From: Candidatus Heimdallarchaeum endolithica
GTDB taxonomy: Archaea > Asgardarchaeota > Heimdallarchaeia > Heimdallarchaeales > Heimdallarchaeaceae
Assembly (NCBI GenBank): GCA_021513715.1
Contig: CP084167.1
Span: 1,344,001-1,408,000, forward strand
Length of the DNA: 64,000 nucleotides
Direction: 5' to 3'
Below, piece by piece: positions 49,257-60,124 of the stretch. Under the pieces are notes generated by a model. That model was given only the letters and a program-made list of their open reading frames with translations, was not told the origin of the DNA and did no database searches. The position numbers were made by a program, and so were the translations under genes. The stretch's first letter is position 1, and every line of letters starts with the position of its first letter.

Positions 49257-52200
49257 TTGATGATAAATCCAATAGATGAAACAAAAGCAAGAAAAGTTTT
49301 TCTCAAATCTCTATTTATTATTACGAGATCATTTTACTATAGATTTTTCCAATATTCAAAAGTTAAACAAAAGATTGAGAAAAATAAAAATATAAAATAT
49401 CTTTTTGGAGTACTTCTTTCAATAGTTTTTATTTGGCTAATTCCTTTCTTGCTTCTATTGGATTTTCTGTTAATTCTGTTCCTTCCCAGCCTTCACATTT
49501 TTAAGCCAATGTTCAAAGCTGGTTGGAAGTTTAATCTTATTACTACAGTAGGTGTCATTTTAGCTGTTTCAATTATCTCACAGTACGTATTCTTTATTTA
49601 CTCATATCAATATCAAGCTTTTGAATTATATCTAGAAGATGAACCACGAACATTCATTCAAGCACAAATAGACTCAGTTCATATTGAACCATCCTATACT
49701 CAGACATATCTTATTGACAGAATAGCTGATGTAACTATTCAAGAAATGAATCTTACAAATAACATTCTTCAAAGAGATCTTTTTTTCAAAAGAGGAACAT
49801 TTACTTCTACTTATGATCCAATTGCAAAACAAACCTATTTACCAAACTTACCATTAGTTGGATTAACAGATAGACTAAGTTTATTTTTATCAAATCACCT
49901 AACTCAAGGAAGATTTCCTGAGAATTTTGGAGAAGTCTTAGTCTTTCTTTCAAGCAATTTTTATAATCATTCAACAATTAGGGTTAATAGTACAATAAAT
50001 CTATACATCCCGATATCACTACTAAAACAAGCTTCACTTTCCGAACCTCAAGCTCAAACAGAAGTTACAGTTACAGGAATAGTTATTTCTGATAACTTAA
50101 CTGATTTTTCCGTAATTGGGAGTGATAAAGGTATTCCTTTTGATATTTTTCTTAATTTATATGAAGGAAATGCAGTTCTTTCTCCATGGACAATTGCAGC
50201 AAGAATTTTATCTTCAATTCAACTTACTTATGGATTTGCTTCGATTTACGAGAATTTGTTTTATGATATTGGAACTATTGATACTTTCAATCTAGATGGA
50301 GAAATTTCAAAACTTAAAGAGCTTGCTATTAATCTTAAAGATTCATATTTACAAATGGGGGGATACTCTGGAGTCGATATTAATTCTTATCTTCTTACAG
50401 CAATTGAAGAGTTTAAAGATGAATATAATTTATATCAAATCTTTATGTTTGCTTTTCTTGCGCCGATTATTATTTTAACCCTAATACTCACTGTTTATGC
50501 AGCTAATCTAGTTCGTAAAAAAAGAGAGAGACAACTTACAATTCTCTCGGAAAGAGGAACTACTAAGATTGAAATTGGTAGTTATTTAGCATTAGAATCA
50601 CTGATTTTTGGCATTATTGCGTTATTTTTGGGAATAGCTCTTGGGATACCGGTTTCTGCTCTTCTTACAAAAAGCTCAGGATTTCTTTCTTTTGGAAATC
50701 AAACATCCAGATTGCAAATAAAAATTCCTTCACTATCCCAAGCGTTATTTGGCAGTTTACTAGTCATTTTAATTATTCAAACATTCAACGTAATTACTCT
50801 ATTAAAAACTAGAAGTATTGAAGATTATGGTAAAGTAGAAAAAACATTGCCAAGCTTTTACCGCTATTATGTTGACATCATATTTATCAGTACAGGTGGG
50901 ATTTTGTGGGTAATTTATCAGCTTCCAATTTTAAGTGGTTTTAGGGATAAAACAACGAAAAGCATTGGAATTCCTGCAATGATTATCTTACTATTTGGAA
51001 TCGTTTTACTTATTCAGAGATTACTTCCTATATTTTCCAAATCAGTCTTAAAACTCACTCAGATCCCTAGTGACAAATTAAAGAAGAAACTCAGGCTAGA
51101 CATTTTTTCTTTAGGAATAAAAGAAATAACACGATATCAATCAAGTTTTGTTAGATCTTCTGTTATTCTTAGCCTTTCATTTGCAATTGTAGTTAGTGCA
51201 ATAGTTGTTCCTGCTTCTTATCAAAAATTTAACATTGATGGAGCTTATTATGATTTAGGCGCCGATATTGTTATTGAAAACTTTCCAATAGAAAATAAGT
51301 TTTTGATTGAAGAAATAGAGAATATTACTGAAATTCAGTCAACTTGTATTGTAAAATATGCGGCCCTTTCTGATATTTCGGGTGATTATGCTATCACACA
51401 TGCTATACTAGGAATAGATTTAAATAAATTCGCAGAAACAGCTTTTTTCAGAGAAGATTTCGTAGATCACTCACTTAAACAGCTACTATCACTTTTGAAA
51501 GAAGACACACGAGTAATTGCACAAGAAGACGAGATAAAAACCATAAACAGAGGAGTTGGAGATTCTTTAATAATGGGTTACCGTGCATACAATGAATCAA
51601 GAAGAGGGAGTGATGGTTCCCCATTTTACAGATCTAACATTTCAGTTGAAATTGTTGGATTGTTTAAATACTGGCCAATATTAGTTAAAGATATTTCGAC
51701 TACTAATACTTTGTCAATATTAAACCATTTTGTTGCTAACATTTCAATTTTCAATAAAATAGAGTTATCACCCCTTGAAATTAAAGATTATTTATTAATC
51801 AAAGTGAATCAAAAAGAAGACATTGAAGAAATTACCAACAAAATAAAAACAATTGCTGGTTCAAACGTTGAAAATGTGAATTCCAAGATTTTTGTTAGAG
51901 AAGGTAGTGCAAGATCATCTATTTTGTATTCTGCTATAAACTCTACTCTAATAATGTCTTTCACAATTAATTCATTAATTATTGCACTATATGCTTCTGT
52001 TCAACTAATTGAAAGATCTAGAGAGATAGCTACTATGAAAGCAATCGGTGTTTCCAAGTCTCAATTACTATTATTGTTTCTATCTGAGTATGCGACACTA
52101 CTCATTTTCTCCACAATAATGGGATTGTTAAGCGGACTATTTTCTTCGTGGATGTTGATGAATATAATCACAATAAATCGTTCTATTCCTCCTTTTATTA

Positions 52201-52331
52201 TGAAGTTTCCTATGTTTTATATTGTCTTAGTTGGTTTAATTTTACTTTTGACTGCATTTATAGGTGCTTTGATACCATCTTTAACTGCAACTAACAAAAA
52301 TATTGGAACAGATTTAAGACAATCTAGTTAA
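49257..52331 (+). CDS. FtsX/MacB-like ABC transporter permease
   Basis: Two permease repeats (RERQLTILSERG and RSREIATMKAIG) with large external loops. Confidence 0.9.
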   Translation: MMINPIDETKARKVFLKSLFIITRSFYYRFFQYSKVKQKIEKNKNIKYLFGVLLSIVFIWLIPFLLLLDFLLILFLPSLHIFKPMFKAGWKFNLITTVGVILAVSIISQYVFFIYSYQYQAFELYLEDEPRTFIQAQIDSVHIEPSYTQTYLIDRIADVTIQEMNLTNNILQRDLFFKRGTFTSTYDPIAKQTYLPNLPLVGLTDRLSLFLSNHLTQGRFPENFGEVLVFLSSNFYNHSTIRVNSTINLYIPISLLKQASLSEPQAQTEVTVTGIVISDNLTDFSVIGSDKGIPFDIFLNLYEGNAVLSPWTIAARILSSIQLTYGFASIYENLFYDIGTIDTFNLDGEISKLKELAINLKDSYLQMGGYSGVDINSYLLTAIEEFKDEYNLYQIFMFAFLAPIIILTLILTVYAANLVRKKRERQLTILSERGTTKIEIGSYLALESLIFGIIALFLGIALGIPVSALLTKSSGFLSFGNQTSRLQIKIPSLSQALFGSLLVILIIQTFNVITLLKTRSIEDYGKVEKTLPSFYRYYVDIIFISTGGILWVIYQLPILSGFRDKTTKSIGIPAMIILLFGIVLLIQRLLPIFSKSVLKLTQIPSDKLKKKLRLDIFSLGIKEITRYQSSFVRSSVILSLSFAIVVSAIVVPASYQKFNIDGAYYDLGADIVIENFPIENKFLIEEIENITEIQSTCIVKYAALSDISGDYAITHAILGIDLNKFAETAFFREDFVDHSLKQLLSLLKEDTRVIAQEDEIKTINRGVGDSLIMGYRAYNESRRGSDGSPFYRSNISVEIVGLFKYWPILVKDISTTNTLSILNHFVANISIFNKIELSPLEIKDYLLIKVNQKEDIEEITNKIKTIAGSNVENVNSKIFVREGSARSSILYSAINSTLIMSFTINSLIIALYASVQLIERSREIATMKAIGVSKSQLLLLFLSEYATLLIFSTIMGLLSGLFSSWMLMNIITINRSIPPFIMKFPMFYIVLVGLILLLTAFIGALIPSLTATNKNIGTDLRQSS

Positions 52332-52335
52332 AGGG

Positions 52336-53193
52336 GTGAAAAAATTGTCATTCATTGAAATTCAAGATTTAATCAAAATTTATGAAAGCAAAGAAACATT
52401 CATTCGAGTTCCAGCTCTTAGGGGAATAGAACTAGAAGTAAAAAAAGGGGAGTTTATTTCAATAATTGGTCCTTCAGGAAGTGGAAAAACAACATTACTT
52501 TTAATTTTAGCAGGTATGACAGAACCTTCTGCGGGTTATGTTAGAGTAGATGATATACAAATTGACAAACTAGACGATACTCAAAGAGCATATTATAGAA
52601 GAAATCACGTAGGTACTTTATGGCAACTACCAAGTAGGAATTTAATTTGGGAATTACCTATTATTGAAAATGTTGAACTTCCCATGCGATTACTTGGAGT
52701 ACCAAGAGAACAAAGAAAAAAACTTGCGAAAGAACTACTTAAAGAAGTAGGTCTAGAAACCAGAATGGAACATAAACCTTCCCAACTAAGTGGAGGAGAA
52801 GTTCAACGAGCAGGTTTAGCTACTGCCCTTGCTCATCAACCAAAACTTCTTCTTGCAGATGAACCAACTGGGGAACTAGATTCACATACAGCAGAAGAGC
52901 TTCTCATTTATTTCAGAGATCTTAATAAGAGTTATGGAATTACTGCTATAATGGTCACACATGATTACTTTGTAGCTTCTAAAACAAATAAGATCATTCA
53001 AATTGTTGACGGGAGAATTTCAGGATATAATCCTGCTAGAGAACTTGAATCACTAATCGATATGAACAAAGTATATATCGATAGATATGGTACTATTCAA
53101 CTACCAAAGCATATTGTTGAACAAATAGAAACACAAAAAGAGATCAAAGTATCGATGGAAAATGGTAAAATAATTTTAGAACAAAATAATTAA
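52336..53193 (+). CDS. ABC transporter ATP-binding protein (LolD-like)
   Basis: GPSGSGKT, LSGGE, LADEPTGELD and VTHD, with an AbrB-like tail. Confidence 0.95.
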   Translation: MKKLSFIEIQDLIKIYESKETFIRVPALRGIELEVKKGEFISIIGPSGSGKTTLLLILAGMTEPSAGYVRVDDIQIDKLDDTQRAYYRRNHVGTLWQLPSRNLIWELPIIENVELPMRLLGVPREQRKKLAKELLKEVGLETRMEHKPSQLSGGEVQRAGLATALAHQPKLLLADEPTGELDSHTAEELLIYFRDLNKSYGITAIMVTHDYFVASKTNKIIQIVDGRISGYNPARELESLIDMNKVYIDRYGTIQLPKHIVEQIETQKEIKVSMENGKIILEQNN

Positions 53194-53229
53194 ATTAACA
53201 TTAAAAAAAGAAGACACGAGCTGATAAAT

Positions 53230-53499
53230 ATGAAGCTTAAAAAAAGAGCTAAAAAAGAAAAAGATGAAAAAGAAAAACCAGATAGGTTACTTGATCTAGT
53301 TATAATCAAAATGATGTTAGCTCTTACATTAAGTGTCGTATTTTTATTCGGAGGTGGAACAATTTTTATTTATGCATCTTTTAATAGTATTGAAATTGAA
53401 GGATATAGTTTCATCTTTGGCTCAATTTTTGGAGTTCATATGGCGATTTTATTGCTTTATTATTCCATATCACTTTTCAAGTATATAGTTTCTGATTAG
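53230..53499 (+). CDS. Small 2-TM protein
   Basis: Basic N-terminus and two hydrophobic helices. Confidence 0.65.
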   Translation: MKLKKRAKKEKDEKEKPDRLLDLVIIKMMLALTLSVVFLFGGGTIFIYASFNSIEIEGYSFIFGSIFGVHMAILLLYYSISLFKYIVSD

Positions 53500-53511
53500 G
53501 AGAATAAAATA

Positions 53512-54243
53512 ATGTTTGGTAAAAGAAAAAAGAAAAGCAAAAAGGAAAAAAAAGAAACAGATTACATTCATTTAAGTAGAAACGAAAAAATAAGAGACAT
53601 AGTTTTTTTCACTATTAAATTCGATTTAGGAACTATAGCAACAATTATTGTGATAAGTGTTATATTATTCCTATTTCATTACGACCCGTTTTTCTTTTTT
53701 GAAAGATCTATCCTCATTATTGCTGCATTTATTCTTTTAACAGGAGGATGTATTGGAGGATTAGGTCGATATCATCCATCTCCTAAATTGAGAATAATTG
53801 AACCTGAAGATCAAGGTGTGATTCCGCCTTCTTTTAGAATCAAAATTAAATATGATAAAGATTTAATCCAAAAAGAAACAATAACAATTAAAGTAAATGA
53901 AAAAGAAATGCCAAAAAAAGAAGAAAAAGAGGATCTAATTTCTGTTCCTAAAATTTTCAAAACAGAACCAAAAAAAGCAATTCCTCTGGATATTGATGTT
54001 GTAGCTTTAAACAATAAAGGAAAAGAAGTCAAAGATCAAATTAAAGTTATATGTGATCCAAAAGAAGACCCAGAAGATTATGAAGATTACTGGGAATTTA
54101 AGAAAGACAATTATTGGACGAAAGAAACAGAATCTGCCAATAGATCTGCAAAACAGGGACTTCGAGCTTTAAAACTAATTAGTGTTTCTATTACTTTGCT
54201 TCTTATTAACGCTTTAGTTACTGCAATCAGAGGATGGGTATAG
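53512..54243 (+). CDS. Membrane protein with Ig-like insert
   Basis: 2 TM helices, a beta-rich domain and a C-terminal TM helix. Confidence 0.65.
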   Translation: MFGKRKKKSKKEKKETDYIHLSRNEKIRDIVFFTIKFDLGTIATIIVISVILFLFHYDPFFFFERSILIIAAFILLTGGCIGGLGRYHPSPKLRIIEPEDQGVIPPSFRIKIKYDKDLIQKETITIKVNEKEMPKKEEKEDLISVPKIFKTEPKKAIPLDIDVVALNNKGKEVKDQIKVICDPKEDPEDYEDYWEFKKDNYWTKETESANRSAKQGLRALKLISVSITLLLINALVTAIRGWV

Positions 54244-54363
54244 ACTTTTCATTTAATATGAAAAAACTTTATCTCAATTTTTGATATAAACATAGACACA
54301 CGTAATAAGCAACACTTTAAATATATTCTTTGAGGAATATATTTTAAGAATTAATCATATAAA

Positions 54364-56607
54364 ATGTTAAGAGGTCAAAAATTGAACAAAAAAAATTTTT
54401 ACATTGTAATCTGGAACTTATTATCAATTTGTGTTTTGGTTTCTTCTAGTTTATCATACCACAACACAATAGCTAATAATATAAGTCCAATAAACTCTAA
54501 AACGAGTGTTTCACCTGAGGATCTGTTCTTAAGAGATCCAACGAATCCCACTCAAGTGTTAAAAGCTGAACTAAACCAAAAACGAGACCAGTTAGTTAAC
54601 TTTTCTCCAAAAGTTTCCAATGAAAAGGAATTTTCTGACGCATTAGATGATGAAAGAAACTTTTGGACAATTCAAAGTTTTAGTAGCTACCCTTACACCT
54701 ATATTCAGATTACAGCTACATTATTAGCTGTTGGTGAGCATTCTTATGTCTATGTTGCGAATAGCATAATCAATAGCGAAGGTAAATCAGAAGCGCAATC
54801 AAAGGCTGAAACTTATAGAGATGAATTTGATGATGTTATCTATCCATCAGACACATTATATTTTGGTTCTCCAGATGGATATTTAGGAGATATTGACGGT
54901 GACTCAAAAGTAACAATGTTATTACTCTCTTTGGATGGTGGTGTCGCAGGTTATTTTGATCCTATCAACGAGTATGTTGATTCAAATTCTAATCAAAGAG
55001 AAATGATTTATGTTGATTATGGTATATCTGACATTCAATATAGTTTTGCAGTTATTGCACATGAGTTTCAACACTTGATACATTTTAACCATGATCAAGA
55101 TGAGCTATGGTTTATCGATGAAGGTTGTTCTGAATTTGCAACTTATGCTGCAGGTTATTGGGCTGGAAATGATAATCTAACATATTTCGCAGAGGATAAT
55201 TTTGCTAATAATCCTGAAGATTCTTTACTTTATTGGAATTATGATAGTGAAGGGGGTTATGACGTCAGAATCGATTATGGTGGAGCTTATTTGTTTATAT
55301 TTTATCTAGCAGAGAAATATGGGTTCCAAATAATTGAAACTTTAGTTGCTGAAACAGCAAATGGAGCTCAAGGAGTGGAAAATGCTCTTGTTGATGAAGA
55401 GATACCTCTCACATTCAATGATTTATACTTAAATTGGATAACTGCACTGACCATAGATGCTCCTGAAATTGGAGAAGGATTATATGGGTTTGTGAATTTA
55501 GACATTCAAATAAAAGTTGAGACTGAAATTTCAAATGTTCCAACAGAAAGTAATAATGAATTACATAGATATTATGGTATTCATGTAACTAAAATCACAT
55601 CAGGAAGTGACAACATATTTTTTGAGATTTCTGGTTCTGACCAATACGCAATAGGTTTTTCAATTGCAATTTTAGATTCTGAAGGATGGCACATTAATCA
55701 ATCAATAAGTGATGTATCAACTGAATCTAAGATGGAGATAATACAAGGAAAAGACATTTCACGCATTTATGCCATTACAAGCTTATTAGACTCTGATACA
55801 CCTTTTGTCGATAGTGATAATCAATTTGGTTTAGGCCCTTATGAATATTTGAATTTAAACTTATATGTAGGTAATCCATTAACTATAAAGAATGTGCAAT
55901 CAACATATGAAAAAGATACATGGACATACATTATTTCAGGAGCACGTGTTTATGATGTAAATAATACAGAACTCGATGACACTTCTCAAATTGATGTCTT
56001 CTTAGAATTCAAGGGAAGCGAAGGATTTAAAATGATAAAATCGCTAAATTATTCAGATACAGACTATTGGAATGGACAACTTTCATTACAAAGTTTTTCA
56101 GAGGATACTTATTCAGTAAAGCTTTTTGCTAAAAATAGTTCAGCTTTTGGAAAGATTAATCTCGCTGACATTGTTGTTGAACATATTATAACTGTAGAAA
56201 AACCATCTGTTGAAATTTCAGGGGATTACCTAGTCATAACCGTTGGAGCTTCTTACACTCAACTTAATGGGTGGGAAAACTTTACCAAATATGCAGAAGT
56301 AAAAGCCGTTATTTATGACCTTTCAACTAGTACTCCAGCAGATGTGATTGACTTAGTCTATGACTCTGGAATAGACAAATGGACTAGCGGAAGTTATTAT
56401 TATGGAAACCTTACTTATGGCGATTACTATGTTTCTGTAACTTTTAAATATGGTTACCGAACAGTTTCATCAGATAGTTCAGATATTTTTTCAATCGAGA
56501 CAACAAAGGATACAACATCACCTAGTTTTACTCCTTTCCCATTAATATCTACAACTTTGGCAATTGTTACTCTTGTAGCAGTTATAGCCTTTAAAAAACA
56601 GAAATAA
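54364..56607 (+). CDS. Secreted, membrane-anchored zinc metalloprotease (M30/M6-like)
   Basis: Signal peptide, AHEFQHLIH...W.DEG.SE and C-terminal TPFP-TM-basic tail. Confidence 0.85.
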   Translation: MLRGQKLNKKNFYIVIWNLLSICVLVSSSLSYHNTIANNISPINSKTSVSPEDLFLRDPTNPTQVLKAELNQKRDQLVNFSPKVSNEKEFSDALDDERNFWTIQSFSSYPYTYIQITATLLAVGEHSYVYVANSIINSEGKSEAQSKAETYRDEFDDVIYPSDTLYFGSPDGYLGDIDGDSKVTMLLLSLDGGVAGYFDPINEYVDSNSNQREMIYVDYGISDIQYSFAVIAHEFQHLIHFNHDQDELWFIDEGCSEFATYAAGYWAGNDNLTYFAEDNFANNPEDSLLYWNYDSEGGYDVRIDYGGAYLFIFYLAEKYGFQIIETLVAETANGAQGVENALVDEEIPLTFNDLYLNWITALTIDAPEIGEGLYGFVNLDIQIKVETEISNVPTESNNELHRYYGIHVTKITSGSDNIFFEISGSDQYAIGFSIAILDSEGWHINQSISDVSTESKMEIIQGKDISRIYAITSLLDSDTPFVDSDNQFGLGPYEYLNLNLYVGNPLTIKNVQSTYEKDTWTYIISGARVYDVNNTELDDTSQIDVFLEFKGSEGFKMIKSLNYSDTDYWNGQLSLQSFSEDTYSVKLFAKNSSAFGKINLADIVVEHIITVEKPSVEISGDYLVITVGASYTQLNGWENFTKYAEVKAVIYDLSTSTPADVIDLVYDSGIDKWTSGSYYYGNLTYGDYYVSVTFKYGYRTVSSDSSDIFSIETTKDTTSPSFTPFPLISTTLAIVTLVAVIAFKKQK

Positions 56608-56670
56608 CTTTTTCTTCTTTTTTTAAAGAAATCTAATAATGTTTAAATATACCGAAACTAATTTTTTATT

Positions 56671-57429
56671 ATGAGTCAATCAGAGCTCCAGTTATCAGAT
56701 ATTTTTAGCGTAGATAAAGATGGAAAACCTACAATTAAAATTGTTCTCTTTGGTCCTACTTTAGCTGGAAAAACGAGTATGCTTACTGTTTTTAATGCTT
56801 TAAGGAGAATGGAAGATCCTGATCTTATTGTAAGTTCTCTTACTAAAATTCAAGAATATGGACGAACAGTTTTTTTTGATCATTCTGTCTTTCAAACACC
56901 ACCATTCAAAGGTAAGAAATTTGATCGTCTTCGTTATCATTTATGGACAGTTCCCGGGGAAGAAAGACACAAGGCCCAGAGAGATATAGTTATGAGAGGC
57001 GTAGATGCTGTTTTACTATTCTTAAACTTTGAAAAAACTGCTTGGGATTTAAACGTTAAAACAGTAAAAGAAGCCAAAGCAAAAATCGGAGAGAAATTCG
57101 GTAAAAAGATTCCAGTTGTTGCTTATATTAACAAATCGGACCTTCCTCCAGAACAGCGTACAGATAAGCGTGCCTTTATCACATTTCTACAAGATATTGC
57201 GGCTATTCCAAAAGAGAATGTTGCAAACTATATTATGACTGGTAGTTGTCTTAATGCTCGTAATGATTTATTAACTATCTTAAAATCAGAAAATCGTGAT
57301 GAATACCTTGAAAATGAAAGATTGAAGACTAGTAAACGTCCTGATTCAGTTTGGTTAGTAGTACGTCCTATTCAAAAGCTTACACAACTAGTTGTACAAC
57401 AGAGAATGGAAGTTCTACAAGGCATATAA
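56671..57429 (+). CDS. MglA-like small GTPase (paralog of 41053-41820)
   Basis: GPTLAGKTS, GRTVFFD, WTVPGE and NKSDL. Confidence 0.85.
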   Translation: MSQSELQLSDIFSVDKDGKPTIKIVLFGPTLAGKTSMLTVFNALRRMEDPDLIVSSLTKIQEYGRTVFFDHSVFQTPPFKGKKFDRLRYHLWTVPGEERHKAQRDIVMRGVDAVLLFLNFEKTAWDLNVKTVKEAKAKIGEKFGKKIPVVAYINKSDLPPEQRTDKRAFITFLQDIAAIPKENVANYIMTGSCLNARNDLLTILKSENRDEYLENERLKTSKRPDSVWLVVRPIQKLTQLVVQQRMEVLQGI

Positions 57430-57542
57430 CCTTTTTTTATCTTTTTTTTCACGATGTTTATATAGTATTTTCTAGATTATTGTTTGAAGTAGATAAAGTG
57501 TCTAATTCGATACTGAAATTTAACTAAAAAGGAGTAGAAAAA

Positions 57543-58589
57543 ATGCCAATAGAACCAATGACAAAGGCAGTTGGACTAGATTTAGGTACATCAACAATTA
57601 AGCTAGTGAGTGGGAATCATTCGTATCGGATTCCTTCTGTAATTGGATCACCAAATCCTGGATGGTCAGGAATGGTGCAAGACAAAAGTTGGTTAAACAA
57701 CTTAATTATCGAGGATGCAAATGGAAATGACGTTTATATCGGAGAACTCGCTAGATTACAAAGTGAAATTCGAAAATCTTTAGCTAGCGAGGGTAAAATG
57801 AAATCTATTGATAATAGTATATTAGCCTTAAAAGCGATTTTAAGTTTAATTATGAAATCAAACTATGAACAATTTGTTGTTGCAACTGGAGTTCCAATAG
57901 CTACAGGAGTTGAAGAAAGTAAAGAACTCATTAGAGGACTTAAAGGAACTCATGAAATCAAGGTAAAAAATGATGCTACTGGTGAAACTAAACAAATGAA
58001 GATACTTGTAGAACAATCATTAGTTATGCCTGAGCCTTATGGAACTTATTATAATATATTAAAAACATTAGGAGTTACTACAGCTGTCGATTCAGTCATT
58101 GTAGACATAGGCCATGGTACTACAGATATTTTGTGTATGTATAATGGGCGTATCATGAGAGCTGCTTCAGGGTCACTAGAGGAAGCTACTGACAGCTTAA
58201 CGAGTGCACTTTCAAGAGCAATTCAAGAAAAAAGTGGAAAAATAATCAGACCCTTTGATCTCATGAAAACGATAGAACAAGGCAAGAGGACCATTCTTGC
58301 TGGAGGAAAAGTGTTAGATATCGGAAGTGCTGTAGATCAGTCAATTGAGACAATATCTGAAGTAATTATTGATGAAACAAACAGATTATTGAATAACCTT
58401 CCTCCTGATGCATGGATAGAAAAAGTAATGGTTACTGGTGGAGGAGCATATATCTTTGGTAAATACTTGAAACAAGCTTTCTTTGAAGCAGATATTGTAA
58501 AATCACCTGAAGGAGTAATTGTTCCTGAAGACGCAGTAATGTCTAACGCTATTGGTTTCGAAATGATTGCTAAAACAAAAATGAAATAA
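57543..58589 (+). CDS. Actin-fold ATPase (ParM/StbA-like)
   Basis: GLDLGTSTIK, MPEP, VDIGHGTTD, VTGGGA and NAIGF. Confidence 0.88.
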   Translation: MPIEPMTKAVGLDLGTSTIKLVSGNHSYRIPSVIGSPNPGWSGMVQDKSWLNNLIIEDANGNDVYIGELARLQSEIRKSLASEGKMKSIDNSILALKAILSLIMKSNYEQFVVATGVPIATGVEESKELIRGLKGTHEIKVKNDATGETKQMKILVEQSLVMPEPYGTYYNILKTLGVTTAVDSVIVDIGHGTTDILCMYNGRIMRAASGSLEEATDSLTSALSRAIQEKSGKIIRPFDLMKTIEQGKRTILAGGKVLDIGSAVDQSIETISEVIIDETNRLLNNLPPDAWIEKVMVTGGGAYIFGKYLKQAFFEADIVKSPEGVIVPEDAVMSNAIGFEMIAKTKMK

Positions 58590-58596
58590 AAAATAA

Positions 58597-59355
58597 TTAA
58601 CTATTTTTGCTCTTTCTTTTTTCTTCTAGTTTTAGTGCGTATTCTGGGCTAAAAATAAGATAAATAACCATATAAGCAGCTAAAAAGTAAGCAGGATATA
58701 CCATTATTGAAAAAGGAAAGAAAATAAAGCATAGTATAATAATAGTTGTACTTACAATCCAAAATAGGTCAAACTTACTGGGAACACCCTTAAAGGATGG
58801 AAAAGGTGTTTTTGAGATCATAAAACCAGAAATAACTAATGTAGCTATAATAAATTCCCAAGCAGGGGTTTCATGAAAAACAACAAGACAAGATAAGACT
58901 AAAGCAGCAAATGGGCTAGGAAGTCCTGTAAAGTATAAGGTATAAAGAGGGTCTCTTTTAACAAATCGGTATAATCTATACCAAACTGCTAATAAATAAA
59001 CTAGCCCTGTTATTACTCCTACAGCAATGTGAATTGAAGAAACTTCATAAGCTAGAAATATAGCTGGTAACACGCCAAAAGCTATGGCATCAACAATTGT
59101 ATCAATATCAACTGCGAGTTTCTTACTTCCACCTATTCTTGCTAGTTTTCCATCTGTAAAATCTAAAACTCCACAAATAGCAAGAATCTTGGCAAACCAA
59201 AGAATATAATTATTCACCTGCAAAAATATGAAAACTATCGAGAGAATAGCTAATGAAACATTTCCTAAAGTCATCAAATTTGCAAGGATAATTGCTGTTT
59301 TCTTAATCCAATCTTTCTGAAGAAATTCGATATCACTCCAAGTCATCAAATCCAC
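58597..59355 (-). CDS. pssA: Archaetidylserine synthase (CDP-alcohol phosphatidyltransferase)
   Basis: D.TDGKLAR...D...D.IAFGVLPA and FTGLPSP. Adjacent to psd. Confidence 0.85.
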   Translation of the reverse strand: MDLMTWSDIEFLQKDWIKKTAIILANLMTLGNVSLAILSIVFIFLQVNNYILWFAKILAICGVLDFTDGKLARIGGSKKLAVDIDTIVDAIAFGVLPAIFLAYEVSSIHIAVGVITGLVYLLAVWYRLYRFVKRDPLYTLYFTGLPSPFAALVLSCLVVFHETPAWEFIIATLVISGFMISKTPFPSFKGVPSKFDLFWIVSTTIIILCFIFFPFSIMVYPAYFLAAYMVIYLIFSPEYALKLEEKRKSKNS

Positions 59356-60009
59356 TCATTTATCGTTTAATTGTGCTAGGGCAGTTAATCCTGCACGTAC
59401 ACTTGTTGAAACAGAAATAGTTGTTAAAAAGTTTTTTCCACCTACAATTTTCAAATGTGTAATTGAGCCAAACCTTATCGTCCCAATTTTCTGTCCTTGT
59501 GTTATAACATCTCCAGGTTTAACATATGCAATTGTTCTTCTTGCAAAAATTCCTGAAACTTGAACAACATAAGCAATAACATCTAGTTCTTTGTTAACTA
59601 TCTTTATTGTATTTCTTTGATTCCTTTTTGCATAATTGGGAAAGTAAACCGGCCAATGAGATCCTTTTTGGAATTCCACGCTCTCTACAATCCCACTTAT
59701 TGGAGCTCTATTCATATGAACATCAAAAGGAGACATACGTATTGTGAAGTAAAGTTCATCTTCTTTTTTATCTACTTCCGACAATATTCCATCAGCAGGT
59801 GATAATACTTGCTTTTCATTTAACTTAACTGTTCTTTCAGGATCTCTAAATGACCAAACTAAAAACAAACAAATAACCACAATAGTCAAAGGAATTAAAG
59901 TGAACCAATAATATCCGAAAATAATTAAAAAAAAGAGAACAATTAATGATAGTGAACTTAAAATTAAGCACAAACAAACTATCTTTTCAGAACTTCTGGC
60001 AACTTTCAT
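59356..60009 (-). CDS. psd: Archaetidyl/phosphatidylserine decarboxylase
   Basis: FRDPER, SPADG, DVHMNRAP and IRFGS autocleavage motif. Confidence 0.93.
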   Translation of the reverse strand: MKVARSSEKIVCLCLILSSLSLIVLFFLIIFGYYWFTLIPLTIVVICLFLVWSFRDPERTVKLNEKQVLSPADGILSEVDKKEDELYFTIRMSPFDVHMNRAPISGIVESVEFQKGSHWPVYFPNYAKRNQRNTIKIVNKELDVIAYVVQVSGIFARRTIAYVKPGDVITQGQKIGTIRFGSITHLKIVGGKNFLTTISVSTSVRAGLTALAQLNDK

Positions 60010-60124
60010 TTTAACCGATTTACAAATTTGATAAAGGAATTTAGTTTATCCTTTGAATCCAATCACACTTTTTGAAATAAAAACATTCTGATATATTATT
60101 TTTAAAAAAAAGAAAGAGGTAGAA

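Noticed and set aside
57543-58589. True eukaryote-like lokiactin
   Set aside because: Lacks the DNGSG and other conserved actin signatures. The motifs fit the ParM/StbA-like group.
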